Assembly (NCBI GenBank): GCA_020443325.1
Contig: JAGRIK010000356.1
Location: 39,479 to 103,478 of the forward strand
Origin: Halioglobus sp.
Lineage (GTDB): Bacteria > Pseudomonadota > Gammaproteobacteria > Pseudomonadales > Halieaceae
Direction of reading: 5' to 3'
Length of the DNA: 64,000 nucleotides
Shown here: one piece after another, positions 43,330-54,421 of the stretch
Layout: the number at the start of each line of letters is the position of its first letter
Position numbering within the stretch: position 1 is the first letter of the stretch
Notes under the pieces: model-generated
Database searches by the model: none
What the model was told of the DNA's origin: nothing
What the model saw: only the letters and a program-made list of their open reading frames with translations
Translations under genes and position numbers: made by a program

Positions 43330-43863
43330 ATGTCCAGATTTCTACTGCTTGCCCTGTTGCTGGCGTCCTTTAACGGTGCGGCCGATTCGATTTACCGCAC
43401 CACCGATGCAGAGGGCAATGTGGTGTTTACCGATGCGCCCGGCGCAACTGCCCAGCCCGCAGAACAGATTAAGGTTCAGCGCACCAATACCGTAGAGCCG
43501 CCACAAATCATGCCCCTTCCCGACACCGATACCCCGGCCGTTGAAGAGGAAGCACCTCCCCCCTACGTGGTGACAATTACTTCCCCCACCGACCAGACCT
43601 CCTTCCCGATGGGCCCGGGTAATTTTTCCGTCAATGTGCATGTCAGCCCCGCCCTGAAGAAATACGCAGGCTTACAGTTGTTCGTTGACGGCGTCGCCTG
43701 GGGCGACCCGCAGCGAGATACCATGTGGGATCTGATCAACGTATTTCGTGGACAACACGACCTCACCGTCGCCGTGGTCAGCAACACAGGCGAAACGCAG
43801 GCTGTATCAGAGCCTGTGCGCGTCTATGTCCATCGCCCCTCGACCAAGAACAAGAATCGCTAG
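43330..43863 (+). CDS. DUF4124-domain exported protein
   Basis: Signal peptide, IYRTTDAEGNVVFTD-P motif, Ig-like C-terminus (RGQHDL); usual glnA-ntrB neighbour; ATG at 43330. Confidence 0.8.
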   Translation: MSRFLLLALLLASFNGAADSIYRTTDAEGNVVFTDAPGATAQPAEQIKVQRTNTVEPPQIMPLPDTDTPAVEEEAPPPYVVTITSPTDQTSFPMGPGNFSVNVHVSPALKKYAGLQLFVDGVAWGDPQRDTMWDLINVFRGQHDLTVAVVSNTGETQAVSEPVRVYVHRPSTKNKNR

Positions 43864-43893
43864 TCACCCGTCTGGACAAGAACCCACCCGTGC

Positions 43894-43910
43894 TGCACCA
43901 TAATGGTGCG
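43894..43910 (+). promoter_or_regulatory. NtrC binding site upstream of ntrB
   Basis: TGCACCATAATGGTGCG, near-perfect NtrC palindrome. Confidence 0.8.
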
Positions 43911-44058
43911 CACGGTACTGGCGCCACTGCCTCCTGCTAACTGCCTGAGCCACCTCCACCCGTGTTCAGCGCTGGACAGCACAGAAATGTAAGCGCCAAC
44001 TTCGGGGCAATGGCCAGTATTCAGGCGTTTTAAAAATTTTAAGCGCTTCACCCTGATC

Positions 44059-44074
44059 TGGCTCCATTATTGCT
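44059..44074 (+). promoter_or_regulatory. Putative sigma-54 promoter of ntrBC
   Basis: TGGCTC-CATTA-TTGCT, GG-N10-GC spacing, about 150 bp downstream of the NtrC site. Confidence 0.6.
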
Positions 44075-44144
44075 TATGCATTAGGGGGCCGGCTGCAGGA
44101 GGTTGCCCCACACCGGGGCTGAGTAGCCAACAGATGAGGCAGGG

Positions 44145-45206
44145 ATGAATCTGGAATCGAGCATACTGGACAGTATCAGTACCGGGATACTGGTATTGAG
44201 CGGCGACCTGACGGTCACCGCGCTCAACGCCTCCGGCCAGGCACTGCTGGACACATCCGAGGCGCGCTGCCTGGGCGTGCACGCTGAGAAACTGCTGCAG
44301 CACTCCCACGAGTGGCTGGGGTCCCTGACACAGGTGCTCGAAAGCGATAGCCCTCACGCCAGTCGCAGCGTCGCCCTCACCCTGCACTCAGGGCAGGAGA
44401 TTCATGTCGACGTTATCATCACCCCTTTCCCGCATGCCGATGGCAGCACCGGGCTGCTGGTTGAGCTTATGGCGGTAGACCGGCTGCTCAGGATCAGCCG
44501 GGACGGGAGCCAGCAATACGCGCAGGAAACCAGCCGGGCAGTGATCCGCGGGCTGGCTCATGAGATCAAGAATCCACTCGGCGGGGTGCGGGGGGCCGCC
44601 CAGTTGTTGGCGAGGGAGTTGGCGGACGAGGACCTGGCCGAGTACACCAGAATTATCATCCGCGAGGCGGACAGATTGCGCGATCTCGTGGACAGGCTGC
44701 TGGGGCCCAATCGGCAACTGGCACTGCAACCGCTGAATATCCACGAGGTCCTGGAACACGTTCGCAGCCTGATCAGCGCTGAAGCGGACAACCGCGTTAC
44801 GATTATCCGGGATTATGATCCGAGCCTGCCGGAGTTTCCCTGCGACCGCGCCCAGCTGATCCAGGCCGTACTCAACATCATGCGCAATGCTGTACAGGCT
44901 GCAACCGACCCTGAGCAGTGTCAAATCATCCTGCGCAGCCGCTCCCAACGCCAGTTCACGGTGGGCACACAACTCCATCGACTGGTTTGCAGAGTGGATA
45001 TCATCGACAACGGACCCGGTATCCCGGCAGACCTGCAACCTGCAGTGTTTGCGCCCATGGTCACGGGCCGCGCTGATGGCACCGGCCTGGGCCTGTCGAT
45101 AGCCCAGTCCATCATTCATCTTCACGGGGGCTCCCTCGAGTGCGAGAGCTACCCCGGCGAAACCCGCTTCACCTTTTATCTACCTATGGAAACACCGCAT
45201 GCGTAA
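44145..45206 (+). CDS. glnL: Nitrogen regulation histidine kinase NtrB
   Basis: PAS domain, GLAHEIKNPLGG-RGAAQLL, RDYDPSLP, DNGPGIP, GTGLGLSIAQ. Confidence 0.96.
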   Translation: MNLESSILDSISTGILVLSGDLTVTALNASGQALLDTSEARCLGVHAEKLLQHSHEWLGSLTQVLESDSPHASRSVALTLHSGQEIHVDVIITPFPHADGSTGLLVELMAVDRLLRISRDGSQQYAQETSRAVIRGLAHEIKNPLGGVRGAAQLLARELADEDLAEYTRIIIREADRLRDLVDRLLGPNRQLALQPLNIHEVLEHVRSLISAEADNRVTIIRDYDPSLPEFPCDRAQLIQAVLNIMRNAVQAATDPEQCQIILRSRSQRQFTVGTQLHRLVCRVDIIDNGPGIPADLQPAVFAPMVTGRADGTGLGLSIAQSIIHLHGGSLECESYPGETRFTFYLPMETPHA

Positions 45207-46602
45207 GCTTTCTAAAGTCTGGATCGCAGACGACGACAACTCAATCCGATGGGTGCTGGAGCGCGCCCTGTCCCAGGCCGGGATCGAGAACGAGAGTTTT
45301 GCGGACGCCGACGAACTGCTGCGAAAAATTTCCCAGAGCCAGCCGGATGTGATCATCAGCGATATCCGCATGCCCGGCACAGATGGCCTGGAGCTGCTCG
45401 CGCGTATCAAGGAATATCATCCCGACCTGCCCGTGATCATCACCACCGCTCACTCTGACCTCGACAGCGCTGTCGCCGCTTACCAGAAGGGCGCTTTTGA
45501 GTACCTGCCCAAACCCTTCGATCTCGACGAAGTCGTCGCGGTCACCGAGCGCGCCCTGGCGCATGCCCGGGAGCAAAAAGGTACTGTTCCCGCCGCAGAA
45601 GAAGTGCCACACACCGAAATCATCGGTGAGGCGCCAGCGATGCAGGAAGTATTTCGCGCGATAGGCCGGCTGGCCCACAGCAATATTACTGTGCTGATCA
45701 ACGGCGAATCCGGCACGGGCAAGGAGCTGGTAGCGCGAGCCCTGCATCGCCACAGTCCGCGCCGCGACGCCCCCTTTATAGCCCTCAATATGGCCGCCAT
45801 TCCGAAGGACCTGATGGAATCGGAATTATTCGGGCACGAAAAAGGCGCTTTCACCGGCGCCAACAGCAGGCGGCAGGGCCGCTTTGAACAGGCTGATGGC
45901 GGCACGCTCTTCCTGGACGAGATCGGCGATATGCCCGCCGATACACAGACCCGCCTCCTGCGCGTGCTCGCCGACGGCGAATTCTATCGCGTGGGTGGTC
46001 ATGTTCCTGTCTCTGTCGATGTGCGCATCATCGCCGCTACTCACCAGAACCTGGAAAACCTGGTGCAGCGAGGCGACTTCCGGGAGGACCTGTTTCACCG
46101 CCTCAATGTGATTCGCATACATATCCCGACGCTCGCCGAGCGGCGCGAGGATATTCCCAGGCTGATGAAGTATTTCTTCCAGCAGGCGGCGAAGGAACTG
46201 GGAGGTGAAACGAAGATTCTGCTACCGGAGGCCGAGGAATTCCTGGTCGGGCTGAGTTGGCCGGGCAATGTGCGGCAACTGGAGAACTGCTGTCGCTGGA
46301 TCACCGTGATGGCTTCGGGTCGGGAAGTACACCTGAGTGACTTACCCCCGGAGCTGGGCTCGGCCTCACCCAGGCCACAGGCGAGCGAGAAATCAGAGTG
46401 GCGTGACCTGCTGTTTCAGTGGGCACGCAATGAGTTGGTGCAGGGCAAACAACAGATTCTGCAGGAAGCGGTTCCGGCATTTGAGAAAGTGATGATTCAG
46501 GTAGCGCTGCAGCACACCCAGGGGCGCAAACGGGATGCAGCCGAGTTGCTGGGGTGGGGGCGCAATACGCTCACCCGTAAAATCAAGGACCTGGAATTGT
46601 AG
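45199..46602 (+). CDS. glnG: Nitrogen regulation response regulator NtrC
   Basis: Receiver domain, GESGTGKE, ESELFGHEKGAFTGA, LGWGRNTLTRK. Confidence 0.98.
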   Translation: MRKLSKVWIADDDNSIRWVLERALSQAGIENESFADADELLRKISQSQPDVIISDIRMPGTDGLELLARIKEYHPDLPVIITTAHSDLDSAVAAYQKGAFEYLPKPFDLDEVVAVTERALAHAREQKGTVPAAEEVPHTEIIGEAPAMQEVFRAIGRLAHSNITVLINGESGTGKELVARALHRHSPRRDAPFIALNMAAIPKDLMESELFGHEKGAFTGANSRRQGRFEQADGGTLFLDEIGDMPADTQTRLLRVLADGEFYRVGGHVPVSVDVRIIAATHQNLENLVQRGDFREDLFHRLNVIRIHIPTLAERREDIPRLMKYFFQQAAKELGGETKILLPEAEEFLVGLSWPGNVRQLENCCRWITVMASGREVHLSDLPPELGSASPRPQASEKSEWRDLLFQWARNELVQGKQQILQEAVPAFEKVMIQVALQHTQGRKRDAAELLGWGRNTLTRKIKDLEL

Positions 46603-46608
46603 CGTCCC

Positions 46609-47073
46609 ATGTTTAAAATTGTCTTGTACGAGCCGGAGATTCCACCCAACACCGGCAACATCATCCGCCTGTGTGCCAACACCGGGTGCTCACTGCATCT
46701 TATAGAACCGCTGGGGTTTGACCTGGAGGACAAAAAGATGCGCCGGGCGGGACTGGACTACCGGGAGTTTGCCGATATTCAGCTCTACCCGGATCTGGCA
46801 AGTTTTTGCCTGCAGCACGGAGAGCCCAGGATTTTAGCCGCCACCACCAGGGGCGGCAGCCTGTACCATCAGGTTCACTTCCGGGAGGGCGATGCCATCC
46901 TCTTCGGACCCGAGACTCGCGGGCTGCCGTCGGAGGTGCTGGAGCGCCTGGGGGCCGCGGGCACCATCCGTATTCCGATGAAACCCCAGAGTCGCAGCCT
47001 CAACCTGAGTAATGCGGCCGCGCTGGTAGTGTACGAGGGGTTGCGGCAGTTGGGATTTCCTGGACTTGATTAA
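46609..47073 (+). CDS. trmL: tRNA (cytidine/uridine-2'-O)-methyltransferase
   Basis: EPEIPPNTGNIIRLCAN, RRAGLDY, FGPETRGL, RSLNLSN. Confidence 0.96.
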   Translation: MFKIVLYEPEIPPNTGNIIRLCANTGCSLHLIEPLGFDLEDKKMRRAGLDYREFADIQLYPDLASFCLQHGEPRILAATTRGGSLYHQVHFREGDAILFGPETRGLPSEVLERLGAAGTIRIPMKPQSRSLNLSNAAALVVYEGLRQLGFPGLD

Positions 47074-47109
47074 GTAAGTGCTTACTAATCTTCAAGACCG
47101 GCAGCAAAC

Positions 47110-47202
47110 TGAATCCCATAGGATTGGGACACGCCGTGAACCCATCCATGGGGGCTTGAGCTCGGCGTCCTGCCTCGCACAGTCCCAACCCTATGGGATT
47201 CA
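47110..47202. repeat. Palindromic intergenic element (REP/MITE-like) between convergent trmL and secB
   Basis: TGAATCCCATAGGATTGGGAC (47110-47130) and GTCCCAACCCTATGGGATTCA (47182-47202) match 20/21 as inverted repeats; inner CCCA-TCCA-TGGG and GGC-GTCCT-GCC hairpins. Confidence 0.8.
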
Positions 47203-47281
47203 ATTTCCCGCCTATATGCCATTTACGAGCTTATGAAATCCGTTCGGAACTGTGCCCCTTCTCGACGCTGTCTTCAGCCAA

Positions 47282-47761
47282 TCAATGCGTAGCTGATGAG
47301 CCGTCGGCTGGGGCATTTTGTGACTGCGCCAACGCCTGCTGGTAGACCGCTTCAAAGTTTACCGGTGCCAGCATGATAGCGGGGAACGCGCCTTTCACGC
47401 AGAGGGAATCGATCGTTTCACGCGCGTAGGGAAACAGTACGTTGGGTGCTGCGGTGCCGAGAATGCGCCGCAGATCCTCACCCTGAAAACCCTTTATGAA
47501 GAAAATTCCGGCCTGGTGAACCTCAATCAGGAACGCGGTATCTTCATCGATCTTGGCCGTGATGGTGATGGCGAGGACGACTTCAAAATTTCCCTCCTCG
47601 TCGATGGCATTACTTTTGGTGTTGAGGTCGACGCTTACCTTTGGCTGCCACTGCTTTTTGAATACGCCCGGTGTCGAGGGCGATTCAAACGACAAATCCT
47701 TGGTGTAGATACGCTGCACCGAAAACTGTTGCTGGTTTACTGCTGCCTGTTCATCGGCCAT
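47282..47761 (-). CDS. secB: Protein-export chaperone SecB
   Basis: QRIYTKDLSFESP, EVHQAGIF, LFPYARE, LAPVNFEA. Confidence 0.97.
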   Translation of the reverse strand: MADEQAAVNQQQFSVQRIYTKDLSFESPSTPGVFKKQWQPKVSVDLNTKSNAIDEEGNFEVVLAITITAKIDEDTAFLIEVHQAGIFFIKGFQGEDLRRILGTAAPNVLFPYARETIDSLCVKGAFPAIMLAPVNFEAVYQQALAQSQNAPADGSSATH

Positions 47762-47794
47762 TTGCCATTCTCCGTAGTCTTAAACAATGTCGTG

Positions 47795-48076
47795 TTAAAT
47801 AGTTCGGGGCGCGGTGCCCGCTCGCGCCAGCATGTCGTCCAGGCGACCCTGCCGTTCCAGCATCATCATCTCGTCGCAACCACCGATGTGCTGCTCACCT
47901 ATCCAGATCTGCGGGACTGTATTGCGTCCGCTGCGGGTCGCCATTTCCAGGCGCAGCCCCGGGTCGTGATCAACCGCGATATCCTCGTAGGCGATACCTT
48001 TGCTATCGAGCAAACTGCGCGCGCGCACGCAGTAGGGACAGAACTGCGTGGTATACATGGTGACGCCCTGGCTCAT
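47795..48076 (-). CDS. grxC: Glutaredoxin 3
   Basis: CPYC, TVPQIWI, HIGGCD. Confidence 0.95.
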   Translation of the reverse strand: MSQGVTMYTTQFCPYCVRARSLLDSKGIAYEDIAVDHDPGLRLEMATRSGRNTVPQIWIGEQHIGGCDEMMMLERQGRLDDMLARAGTAPRTI

Positions 48077-48091
48077 AGCGGATTACTTGCC

Positions 48092-48505
48092 TCAGGCGAC
48101 TGTGGGCAGTTGCAGGTTGGTCCACTCCATCATGCCACCGGACATCTTGTAGACCTTCGAATAATTTGCCGCCTTCAGCTGCTTGCCTGCAGCACTCGAC
48201 TGCTGGCCCATCTTGCACACCAGCACGATGGGCTTGTCCTTATACTTTTCCAGCTCGGCCATGCGCGCGACCAATTTGGCCGATGGAATGTTTATCGCAC
48301 CGACGATGTGTCCCTTCTTGAACTCGCCGGCATCGCGCAAATCCAGGAAAATGCCCTGCTCGGAGTTAACCAGGTTGATCCCCTGCTGCGGCGTGAGGGA
48401 CGGGCCGGACTTGCGGGCTTCATGCAGGATCAGCATCACAATAACTGCCGCAAGGGCCCCCGCCAGCATCCATTGCTGCGCCAGAAATTCAAAAAATAGT
48501 GCCAT
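48092..48505 (-). CDS. Rhodanese-like membrane protein (YibN-like)
   Basis: N-terminal TM, DLR-EFKKGHI-GA-NIP, GGM-EW-LP; yibN-grxC-secB order. Confidence 0.88.
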   Translation of the reverse strand: MALFFEFLAQQWMLAGALAAVIVMLILHEARKSGPSLTPQQGINLVNSEQGIFLDLRDAGEFKKGHIVGAINIPSAKLVARMAELEKYKDKPIVLVCKMGQQSSAAGKQLKAANYSKVYKMSGGMMEWTNLQLPTVA

Positions 48506-48769
48506 GGTTTTAGTTGCTGCTACCTGTTGACGACGGTTGAAGGCAGCTGCGGCTGCCGGGAGACGATTGCGGGTATCGTTAATTCAAGGGGCGCAAGTAT
48601 ACAGGGTCTGCCCCAGCGCAACCAGTCCGCCATCGCGCGTATGGACACCACCGCACAAACGTCGCAACGCCCTCGCTAACAGGGCATACAGACAATGCAC
48701 TGCCTTGCCGGACAGGTTAAAATAGCGCGCTTTAACCCACCGTCACATCCCTGTTTGGTCGGAATTATC

Positions 48770-50326
48770 ATGCGCGAGAGTAACAAAAAGCCCACTGTCC
48801 TGATTGTGCTGGATGGCTGGGGCTACCGTGAGGAAAGCAAGGACAACGCCATTGCCAATGCCAACACGCCCGTGTGGGATCGCCTCTGGGCCGAGTGTCC
48901 GCACGCACTCATCTCGGCCTCAGGTGAGGATGTCGGCCTGCCGGGCGGGCAGATGGGGAATTCCGAGGTCGGCCATATGAGCCTGGGGGCAGGCCGTGTG
49001 ATTTACCAGAACATCACGCGCATCGACAAAGCGATCAGCGATGGCAGCTTCAACCAAAACCCCGCTCTCACCGGCGGTATCGACAAGGCGATCGCGGCCG
49101 GCGGCGCTGTGCATATCTTCGGATTGCTCTCTCCCGGCGGCGTACACAGCCACGAGGAGCAGATATTCGCCGCTATTCGCCTTGCCGCTGAGCGCGGCGC
49201 CCGGCGTGTTTACCTGCACGCCTTCCTGGACGGCCGCGACACGCCGCCACGCAGCGCGGCGCCCTCGCTGGAAAAAGCGGATGCCCTGTTTGCTGAACTC
49301 GGCTGCGGCAGGACTGCCAGCATCTGCGGGCGCTACTACGCAATGGACAGGGACAACCGCTGGGACCGCATCGAATCCGCGTACAGAATGCTCACCGAAG
49401 GCGCCGCCGACCACCGCGCCAGCAGTGCCGCGCAGGCGCTCGCTGATGCCTATGCCCGCGACGAGAATGACGAGTTTGTCCTGCCCACAGTAATAGCAGG
49501 TGAACAGGAAGGTGCCGCAGTCATTGCCGATAACGACACCGTACTGTTCATGAATTTTCGCTCGGATCGCGCGCGCCAGCTCACCCACGCCTTCGTCGAC
49601 GCCCGATTTGACCATTTCCAGCGCAAGGTAGTCCCACAGCTCGCCGACTTCGTCACACTCACCGAGTATGCGGCCGATCTCGCCACCAGTTGTGCGTTCG
49701 GGCCCGAGGCGCTGGACAACGTACTGGGCGATTACCTGGCAAAGCGCGACATGACACAGCTGCGCATCGCCGAAACAGAGAAATACGCCCACGTGACCTT
49801 CTTCTTCAGCGGCGGCCGCGAAGCGCTGTTCGCGGGCGAGGAGCGCCAGCTCATCGCCTCACCCGATGTCGCAACGTACGACCTGCAGCCCCAGATGAGT
49901 GCGCCCGAAGTCACAGATAAACTGGTAGAAGCCATTACGTCAGGCAAGTACGACCTGATCGTGTGCAACTACGCCAACGGCGACATGGTTGGGCACACCG
50001 GTGTATTCGAGGCCGCCGTCAAAGCCGTGGAAACGCTGGATGAATGCCTGGGCCGCGTGGAGAAGGCCCTGTTGGACGTGGGGGGGCAGGCGCTGGTAAC
50101 GGCCGATCACGGCAATTGTGAACAGATGCTCGATTATGACTCGGGCCAGAAGCACACCCAGCACACCACCGAACTGGTGCCATTAGTCTACATCGGCGCG
50201 AAAAAGCTGACGCTGCAGCCCTCGGGCGGGATACTCGCAGACATCGCCCCGACCCTGCTGGGCCTGATGGACCTGCCGCAGCCGCCTGAAATGACCGGCC
50301 GCATTCTGTTTACCGCGCCCGCTTGA
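48770..50326 (+). CDS. gpmI: 2,3-bisphosphoglycerate-independent phosphoglycerate mutase
   Basis: [34 protein letters not shown]; ATG at 48770. Confidence 0.97.
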   Translation: MRESNKKPTVLIVLDGWGYREESKDNAIANANTPVWDRLWAECPHALISASGEDVGLPGGQMGNSEVGHMSLGAGRVIYQNITRIDKAISDGSFNQNPALTGGIDKAIAAGGAVHIFGLLSPGGVHSHEEQIFAAIRLAAERGARRVYLHAFLDGRDTPPRSAAPSLEKADALFAELGCGRTASICGRYYAMDRDNRWDRIESAYRMLTEGAADHRASSAAQALADAYARDENDEFVLPTVIAGEQEGAAVIADNDTVLFMNFRSDRARQLTHAFVDARFDHFQRKVVPQLADFVTLTEYAADLATSCAFGPEALDNVLGDYLAKRDMTQLRIAETEKYAHVTFFFSGGREALFAGEERQLIASPDVATYDLQPQMSAPEVTDKLVEAITSGKYDLIVCNYANGDMVGHTGVFEAAVKAVETLDECLGRVEKALLDVGGQALVTADHGNCEQMLDYDSGQKHTQHTTELVPLVYIGAKKLTLQPSGGILADIAPTLLGLMDLPQPPEMTGRILFTAPA

Positions 50327-50359
50327 CCGGCGCCGACCACCACCTCACGGCGACCCGCA

Positions 50360-51511
50360 ATGCCTGAAACTCGTCGGCAACTCTGGCTAGCGGGGCTGTT
50401 GCTTGCCGCCCTTGCAACGCAGGGCCTGGCGCAATCCGACGCGGAAGTTGCGCGCGAGCAACTGCAGCAGCTTGAGGAGGATATCCAGAGTATTACGCGG
50501 GAAATCTCCGCCGCCAGCCTTCGCCACGACGAGCTGCAGCAGCAATTGCGGCAGTCTGAAGTCGAACTGGGCACCCTGCAGCGCCAGATCACCGAGAATC
50601 AACAGGCGCTGGAAAAGGGCGCGAAAGAACTGGTGGAACTGGAGGCGCGACGCCCGGAGCTCGAGAAAGCGCGCGACCTGCAGCAATCACGCATCGCCCA
50701 GGAGCTGAAGACCGCGTGGCAGATGGGTCGCCAGGGGGAAATCAAGGTCATTCTCAACCAGGAAAACCCACACACGGTGGCCCGGTCACTGGGCTACTAC
50801 CGGTATTTCTTCCGCGCCCGCAATACGCTGCTCGAACAGTACCGCGAGACCCTGCGGGAACTCGAGGAAATACAACTGCGCATCGACAAGACACAGGCAG
50901 ATCTGGCGGTGCGCGGCGAGACCCTGCTGCAACAGCAGGGCGAGCTCACCGCCGCCCAGGCCAGCCGCAAGCTGGCGCTGGAGGAACTGAGTGCCAGCAT
51001 CAGCACCAGCAGCGCCCAGCTCAAGGAGAAGGAGGAGAATCGCAAGCAACTGGAGGACCTGCTGCGCGCGATTGAAGAGGCCGTCGTCAACCTCGAAACA
51101 CCGGACAACTACGCGTCATTCCAGAGTGCAAAGGGCGAGATGCCCTGGCCGATTGACGGCAAGCACAGCAACCAGTTCGGCCGCTCGCGCAATGAGGGCA
51201 AAATGCGCTGGCAGGGAATTACCATTCCCGCCGAGGAGGGCACAACCGTGCAGGCCATCCACCACGGCCGCGTGGTCTACGCCGACTGGTTGCGCGGCTC
51301 TGGCCTGCTCCTGATCATCGATCACGGCGATGGCTATATGAGTCTCTATGCCCACAATGAAAGCCTGTTGCGGGAGGTGGGCGAGTGGGTGACTGTCGGC
51401 AGCCCCATCAGCACGGTGGGCAATACCGGCGGCGAAGACCAGGCCGCCCTGTATTTTGAAATCCGGCACAACGGCAAACCCACAGACCCCAACGGTTGGT
51501 GTACGCAATAA
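50360..51511 (+). CDS. envC: Murein hydrolase activator EnvC (coiled coil plus degenerate M23 domain)
   Basis: Signal peptide, long coiled coil, WQGI, IIDHGDGYMSLYAHN, LYFEIR. Confidence 0.9.
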   Translation: MPETRRQLWLAGLLLAALATQGLAQSDAEVAREQLQQLEEDIQSITREISAASLRHDELQQQLRQSEVELGTLQRQITENQQALEKGAKELVELEARRPELEKARDLQQSRIAQELKTAWQMGRQGEIKVILNQENPHTVARSLGYYRYFFRARNTLLEQYRETLRELEEIQLRIDKTQADLAVRGETLLQQQGELTAAQASRKLALEELSASISTSSAQLKEKEENRKQLEDLLRAIEEAVVNLETPDNYASFQSAKGEMPWPIDGKHSNQFGRSRNEGKMRWQGITIPAEEGTTVQAIHHGRVVYADWLRGSGLLLIIDHGDGYMSLYAHNESLLREVGEWVTVGSPISTVGNTGGEDQAALYFEIRHNGKPTDPNGWCTQ

Positions 51512-51599
51512 TTACCATCGCGCTGAACCGGCTTGGCGCAGAAGGGGAAGAATGAGGTAGACTGTGGGCCTTCAGGTTACCGGTCTACAGACTATACCC

Positions 51600-52904
51600 A
51601 TGCGCCTTGATTCCACGCTCCGAAACTCCCTGGCGGGCATTGCCACTGTCTTTGCAATGGCCCTGTCCGCACCGCTGTCCGCTGTAGAAGAGCAGGGCCA
51701 GTTGCCGCTCGATGAATTGCGCACCTTTGCGGAGGTTTTCAACCAGATACGGCAGGGTTACGTCGAGGAAATCGACGACAGTACGCTGCTGGAATACGCG
51801 ATACAGGGCATGCTGATGGGCCTGGATCCGCATTCAACGTATCTCACCGAGGACGCCTTCCAGAGCCTGCAGGACACCACCACCGGCGAGTTCACCGGGC
51901 TTGGCCTGGAAGTCGGCATGGAGGACGGTTACGTCAAAATCATCTCACCGATCGACGGCTCCCCTGCGGCGGAGGCCGGGCTGCGCAGCGGCGATGTGAT
52001 TCTCAAGCTGGGCAACATGCCCGTGAAGGGCATGACCCTGAACGAGGCTATCGAAATTATGCGCGGGCCCAAGGGCAGTAAAATTGAGCTCTCCATCGGC
52101 CGGCCCGGCGAGAGCCAGCCGTTTGAAGTCACCCTGGTGCGCAATACCATCAAAGTCGCCAGCGTGCGCCAGAGCTGGCTGGAACCCGGTTACGGCTACA
52201 TTCGCGTGGCGCAGTTCCAGAGCAGTACCGGCGAGGACGTGCGCAAATCATTGGAAAAGCTGATGTCTGAGGAGAAGCTCAAGGGCCTGATCCTGGACCT
52301 GCGCAACAACCCCGGCGGCATTCTTCGCGCCAGCGTCGACGTAGCCGGGCTCTTCCTGGACGGCGGCAATGTGGTTTATACCGAGGGCCGGGTCGCCAAC
52401 TCGGATCTGTATTATGACGCCGACCCGCTCGACGCCACAGACGGTGCGCCGATCGTCGTGCTGATCAACCAGGGTTCAGCCAGTGCCTCGGAAATTGTCG
52501 CCGGCGCACTGCAGGATCACGGCCGCGCGGTGATCATGGGCACCCAGAGTTTTGGTAAGGGCTCTGTGCAAACCGTGCTGCCGCTGTCTGACTCGCGGGC
52601 GATCAAACTCACGACCGCCCTGTACTTCACGCCCAATGGCCGCTCCATCCAGGCCGAGGGAATCGTGCCCGATATCGAGGTGGAGCGCGCCACCATCACA
52701 GCGTATAACACCGGGCGCCGGGTTACCGAAGCGGATCTGTCCGGCCACCTGGACAATGCCAATGGCGACGGTAAGAGCAAGAGAACGAAGAGAGAGGCCA
52801 GCCCGCTGCTCACTGACGACAACCAGTTGTACGAAGCGCTGGCACTGCTGAAGGGCCTTAACATCCTGGGCATGCGCGACAGGAAAACCGCCGGGGAATC
52901 CTGA
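51600..52904 (+). CDS. ctpA: Carboxyl-terminal processing protease (S41)
   Basis: LDPHS, PDZ domain, LDLRNNPGG, SASASEIVAGALQD, GKGSVQ; alternative GTG start at 51564. Confidence 0.93.
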   Translation: MRLDSTLRNSLAGIATVFAMALSAPLSAVEEQGQLPLDELRTFAEVFNQIRQGYVEEIDDSTLLEYAIQGMLMGLDPHSTYLTEDAFQSLQDTTTGEFTGLGLEVGMEDGYVKIISPIDGSPAAEAGLRSGDVILKLGNMPVKGMTLNEAIEIMRGPKGSKIELSIGRPGESQPFEVTLVRNTIKVASVRQSWLEPGYGYIRVAQFQSSTGEDVRKSLEKLMSEEKLKGLILDLRNNPGGILRASVDVAGLFLDGGNVVYTEGRVANSDLYYDADPLDATDGAPIVVLINQGSASASEIVAGALQDHGRAVIMGTQSFGKGSVQTVLPLSDSRAIKLTTALYFTPNGRSIQAEGIVPDIEVERATITAYNTGRRVTEADLSGHLDNANGDGKSKRTKREASPLLTDDNQLYEALALLKGLNILGMRDRKTAGES

Positions 52905-52908
52905 GACC

Positions 52909-53682
52909 CTAGCGCCGCACCTCAATGCCGCGCGCTGCCATGTAATCCTTGGCCTGCGGCACGGTGAACTCGCCGAAATGGAAAATACTGGCCGCCAGTA
53001 CCGCGTCGGCGCCGCCCAGGGTGACGCCGTCGACAAGATGATCCAGCGTGCCCACGCCACCTGAGGCGATCACCGGAATCTCCACCGCATCGGTTATGGC
53101 TCTGGTTACGCCCAGCTCAAACCCGTTGCGCGTGCCGTCGCGATCCATACTGGTGAGCAGGATTTCCCCGGCACCCAACTCTGCCATACGCACCGCCCAC
53201 GCCACCGCGTCGATGCCGGTAGGCTTGCGGCCACCGTGGGTGAATATTTCCCAGCGCGGCTGACCGTCGACATCGTCCACGCGCTTGGCATCGATCGCCA
53301 CCACAATGCACTGGGAACCGAAACGCAGCGCCGATTCACGCACCAGCTCCGGGTTGTGGATCGCCGCGGTGTTGATACTGACCTTGTCGGCGCCGGCGTT
53401 GAGCATCGTGCGGATATCCGCCACCGAGCGAATGCCACCACCCACGGTTAACGGAATAAACACGTGTTCCGCGATTTGCTCTACCGTGTGTACCGTTGTC
53501 TCGCGGCCGTCAGAGCTGGCCGTAATATCGAGAAAGCAGACCTCATCCGCGCCCTGTTCGTTGTAGCGCATCGCGATTTCCACCGGGTCGCCGGCGTCGC
53601 GGATATCGACAAAGTTCACGCCCTTGACGACGCGGCCGTTGTCCACATCCAGGCAGGGGATGATACGTTTGGCCAGGCCCAT
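52909..53682 (-). CDS. hisF: Imidazole glycerol phosphate synthase cyclase subunit
   Basis: [31 protein letters not shown]; ATG at 53682. Confidence 0.98.
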   Translation of the reverse strand: MGLAKRIIPCLDVDNGRVVKGVNFVDIRDAGDPVEIAMRYNEQGADEVCFLDITASSDGRETTVHTVEQIAEHVFIPLTVGGGIRSVADIRTMLNAGADKVSINTAAIHNPELVRESALRFGSQCIVVAIDAKRVDDVDGQPRWEIFTHGGRKPTGIDAVAWAVRMAELGAGEILLTSMDRDGTRNGFELGVTRAITDAVEIPVIASGGVGTLDHLVDGVTLGGADAVLAASIFHFGEFTVPQAKDYMAARGIEVRR

Positions 53683-53686
53683 GGGG

Positions 53687-54421
53687 TTAAGCCGCCGCGT
53701 CACAGAGGCGCTGCGCCTCTGCCACATCCAGCGTACCCTCATAAATCGCACGGCCGGTAATCGCGCCGCAGATTCCCGCGCTGGACACTGCCAGCAGGCC
53801 ACGAATGTCTTCAATATTGGTAATACCGCCGGACGCTATCACCGGGATGCTGGAGGCCTGCGCCATCGCCACAGTCGCCTGCACATTGACACCCTGCATC
53901 ATGCCGTCGCGCGCGATATCGGTGTAGACAATCGCGGACACGCCGTCAGATTCAAAGCGGCGGGCAAGATCCGTGGCGAGCACTCCGGAGACTTCCGCCC
54001 AGCCATCGGTGGCGACCAGCCCGTCTTTGGCATCCAGCCCGACGATCACCTTACCCGGGAACGCGGCACAGGCCTCGGCGACAAATTCCGGTTCCTTCAC
54101 GGCCTTGGTACCGATAATCACGTAACTCACGCCGGCTTTGATGTAGTGCTCTATCGTCTGCAGGTTGCGGATACCCCCACCGATCTGGATGGGCAGTTGC
54201 GGGTAGGCCGCAGCAATCGCTTTCACCACCTCGCCGTTGACCGGCTCACCGGCGAACGCCCCGTTGAGATCAACAAGGTGCAGGCGTCGGCACCCCGCAT
54301 CGACCCAGCGCGCAGCCATCGCCACCGGATCATCCGAGAACACCGTACTGTCGTCCATCAGGCCCTGGCGCAGGCGCACGCATTGGCCGTCTTTCAGATC
54401 GATTGCGGGGATAATTAACAT
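53687..54421 (-). CDS. hisA: ProFAR isomerase
   Basis: [32 protein letters not shown]. Confidence 0.98.
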   Translation of the reverse strand: MLIIPAIDLKDGQCVRLRQGLMDDSTVFSDDPVAMAARWVDAGCRRLHLVDLNGAFAGEPVNGEVVKAIAAAYPQLPIQIGGGIRNLQTIEHYIKAGVSYVIIGTKAVKEPEFVAEACAAFPGKVIVGLDAKDGLVATDGWAEVSGVLATDLARRFESDGVSAIVYTDIARDGMMQGVNVQATVAMAQASSIPVIASGGITNIEDIRGLLAVSSAGICGAITGRAIYEGTLDVAEAQRLCDAAA

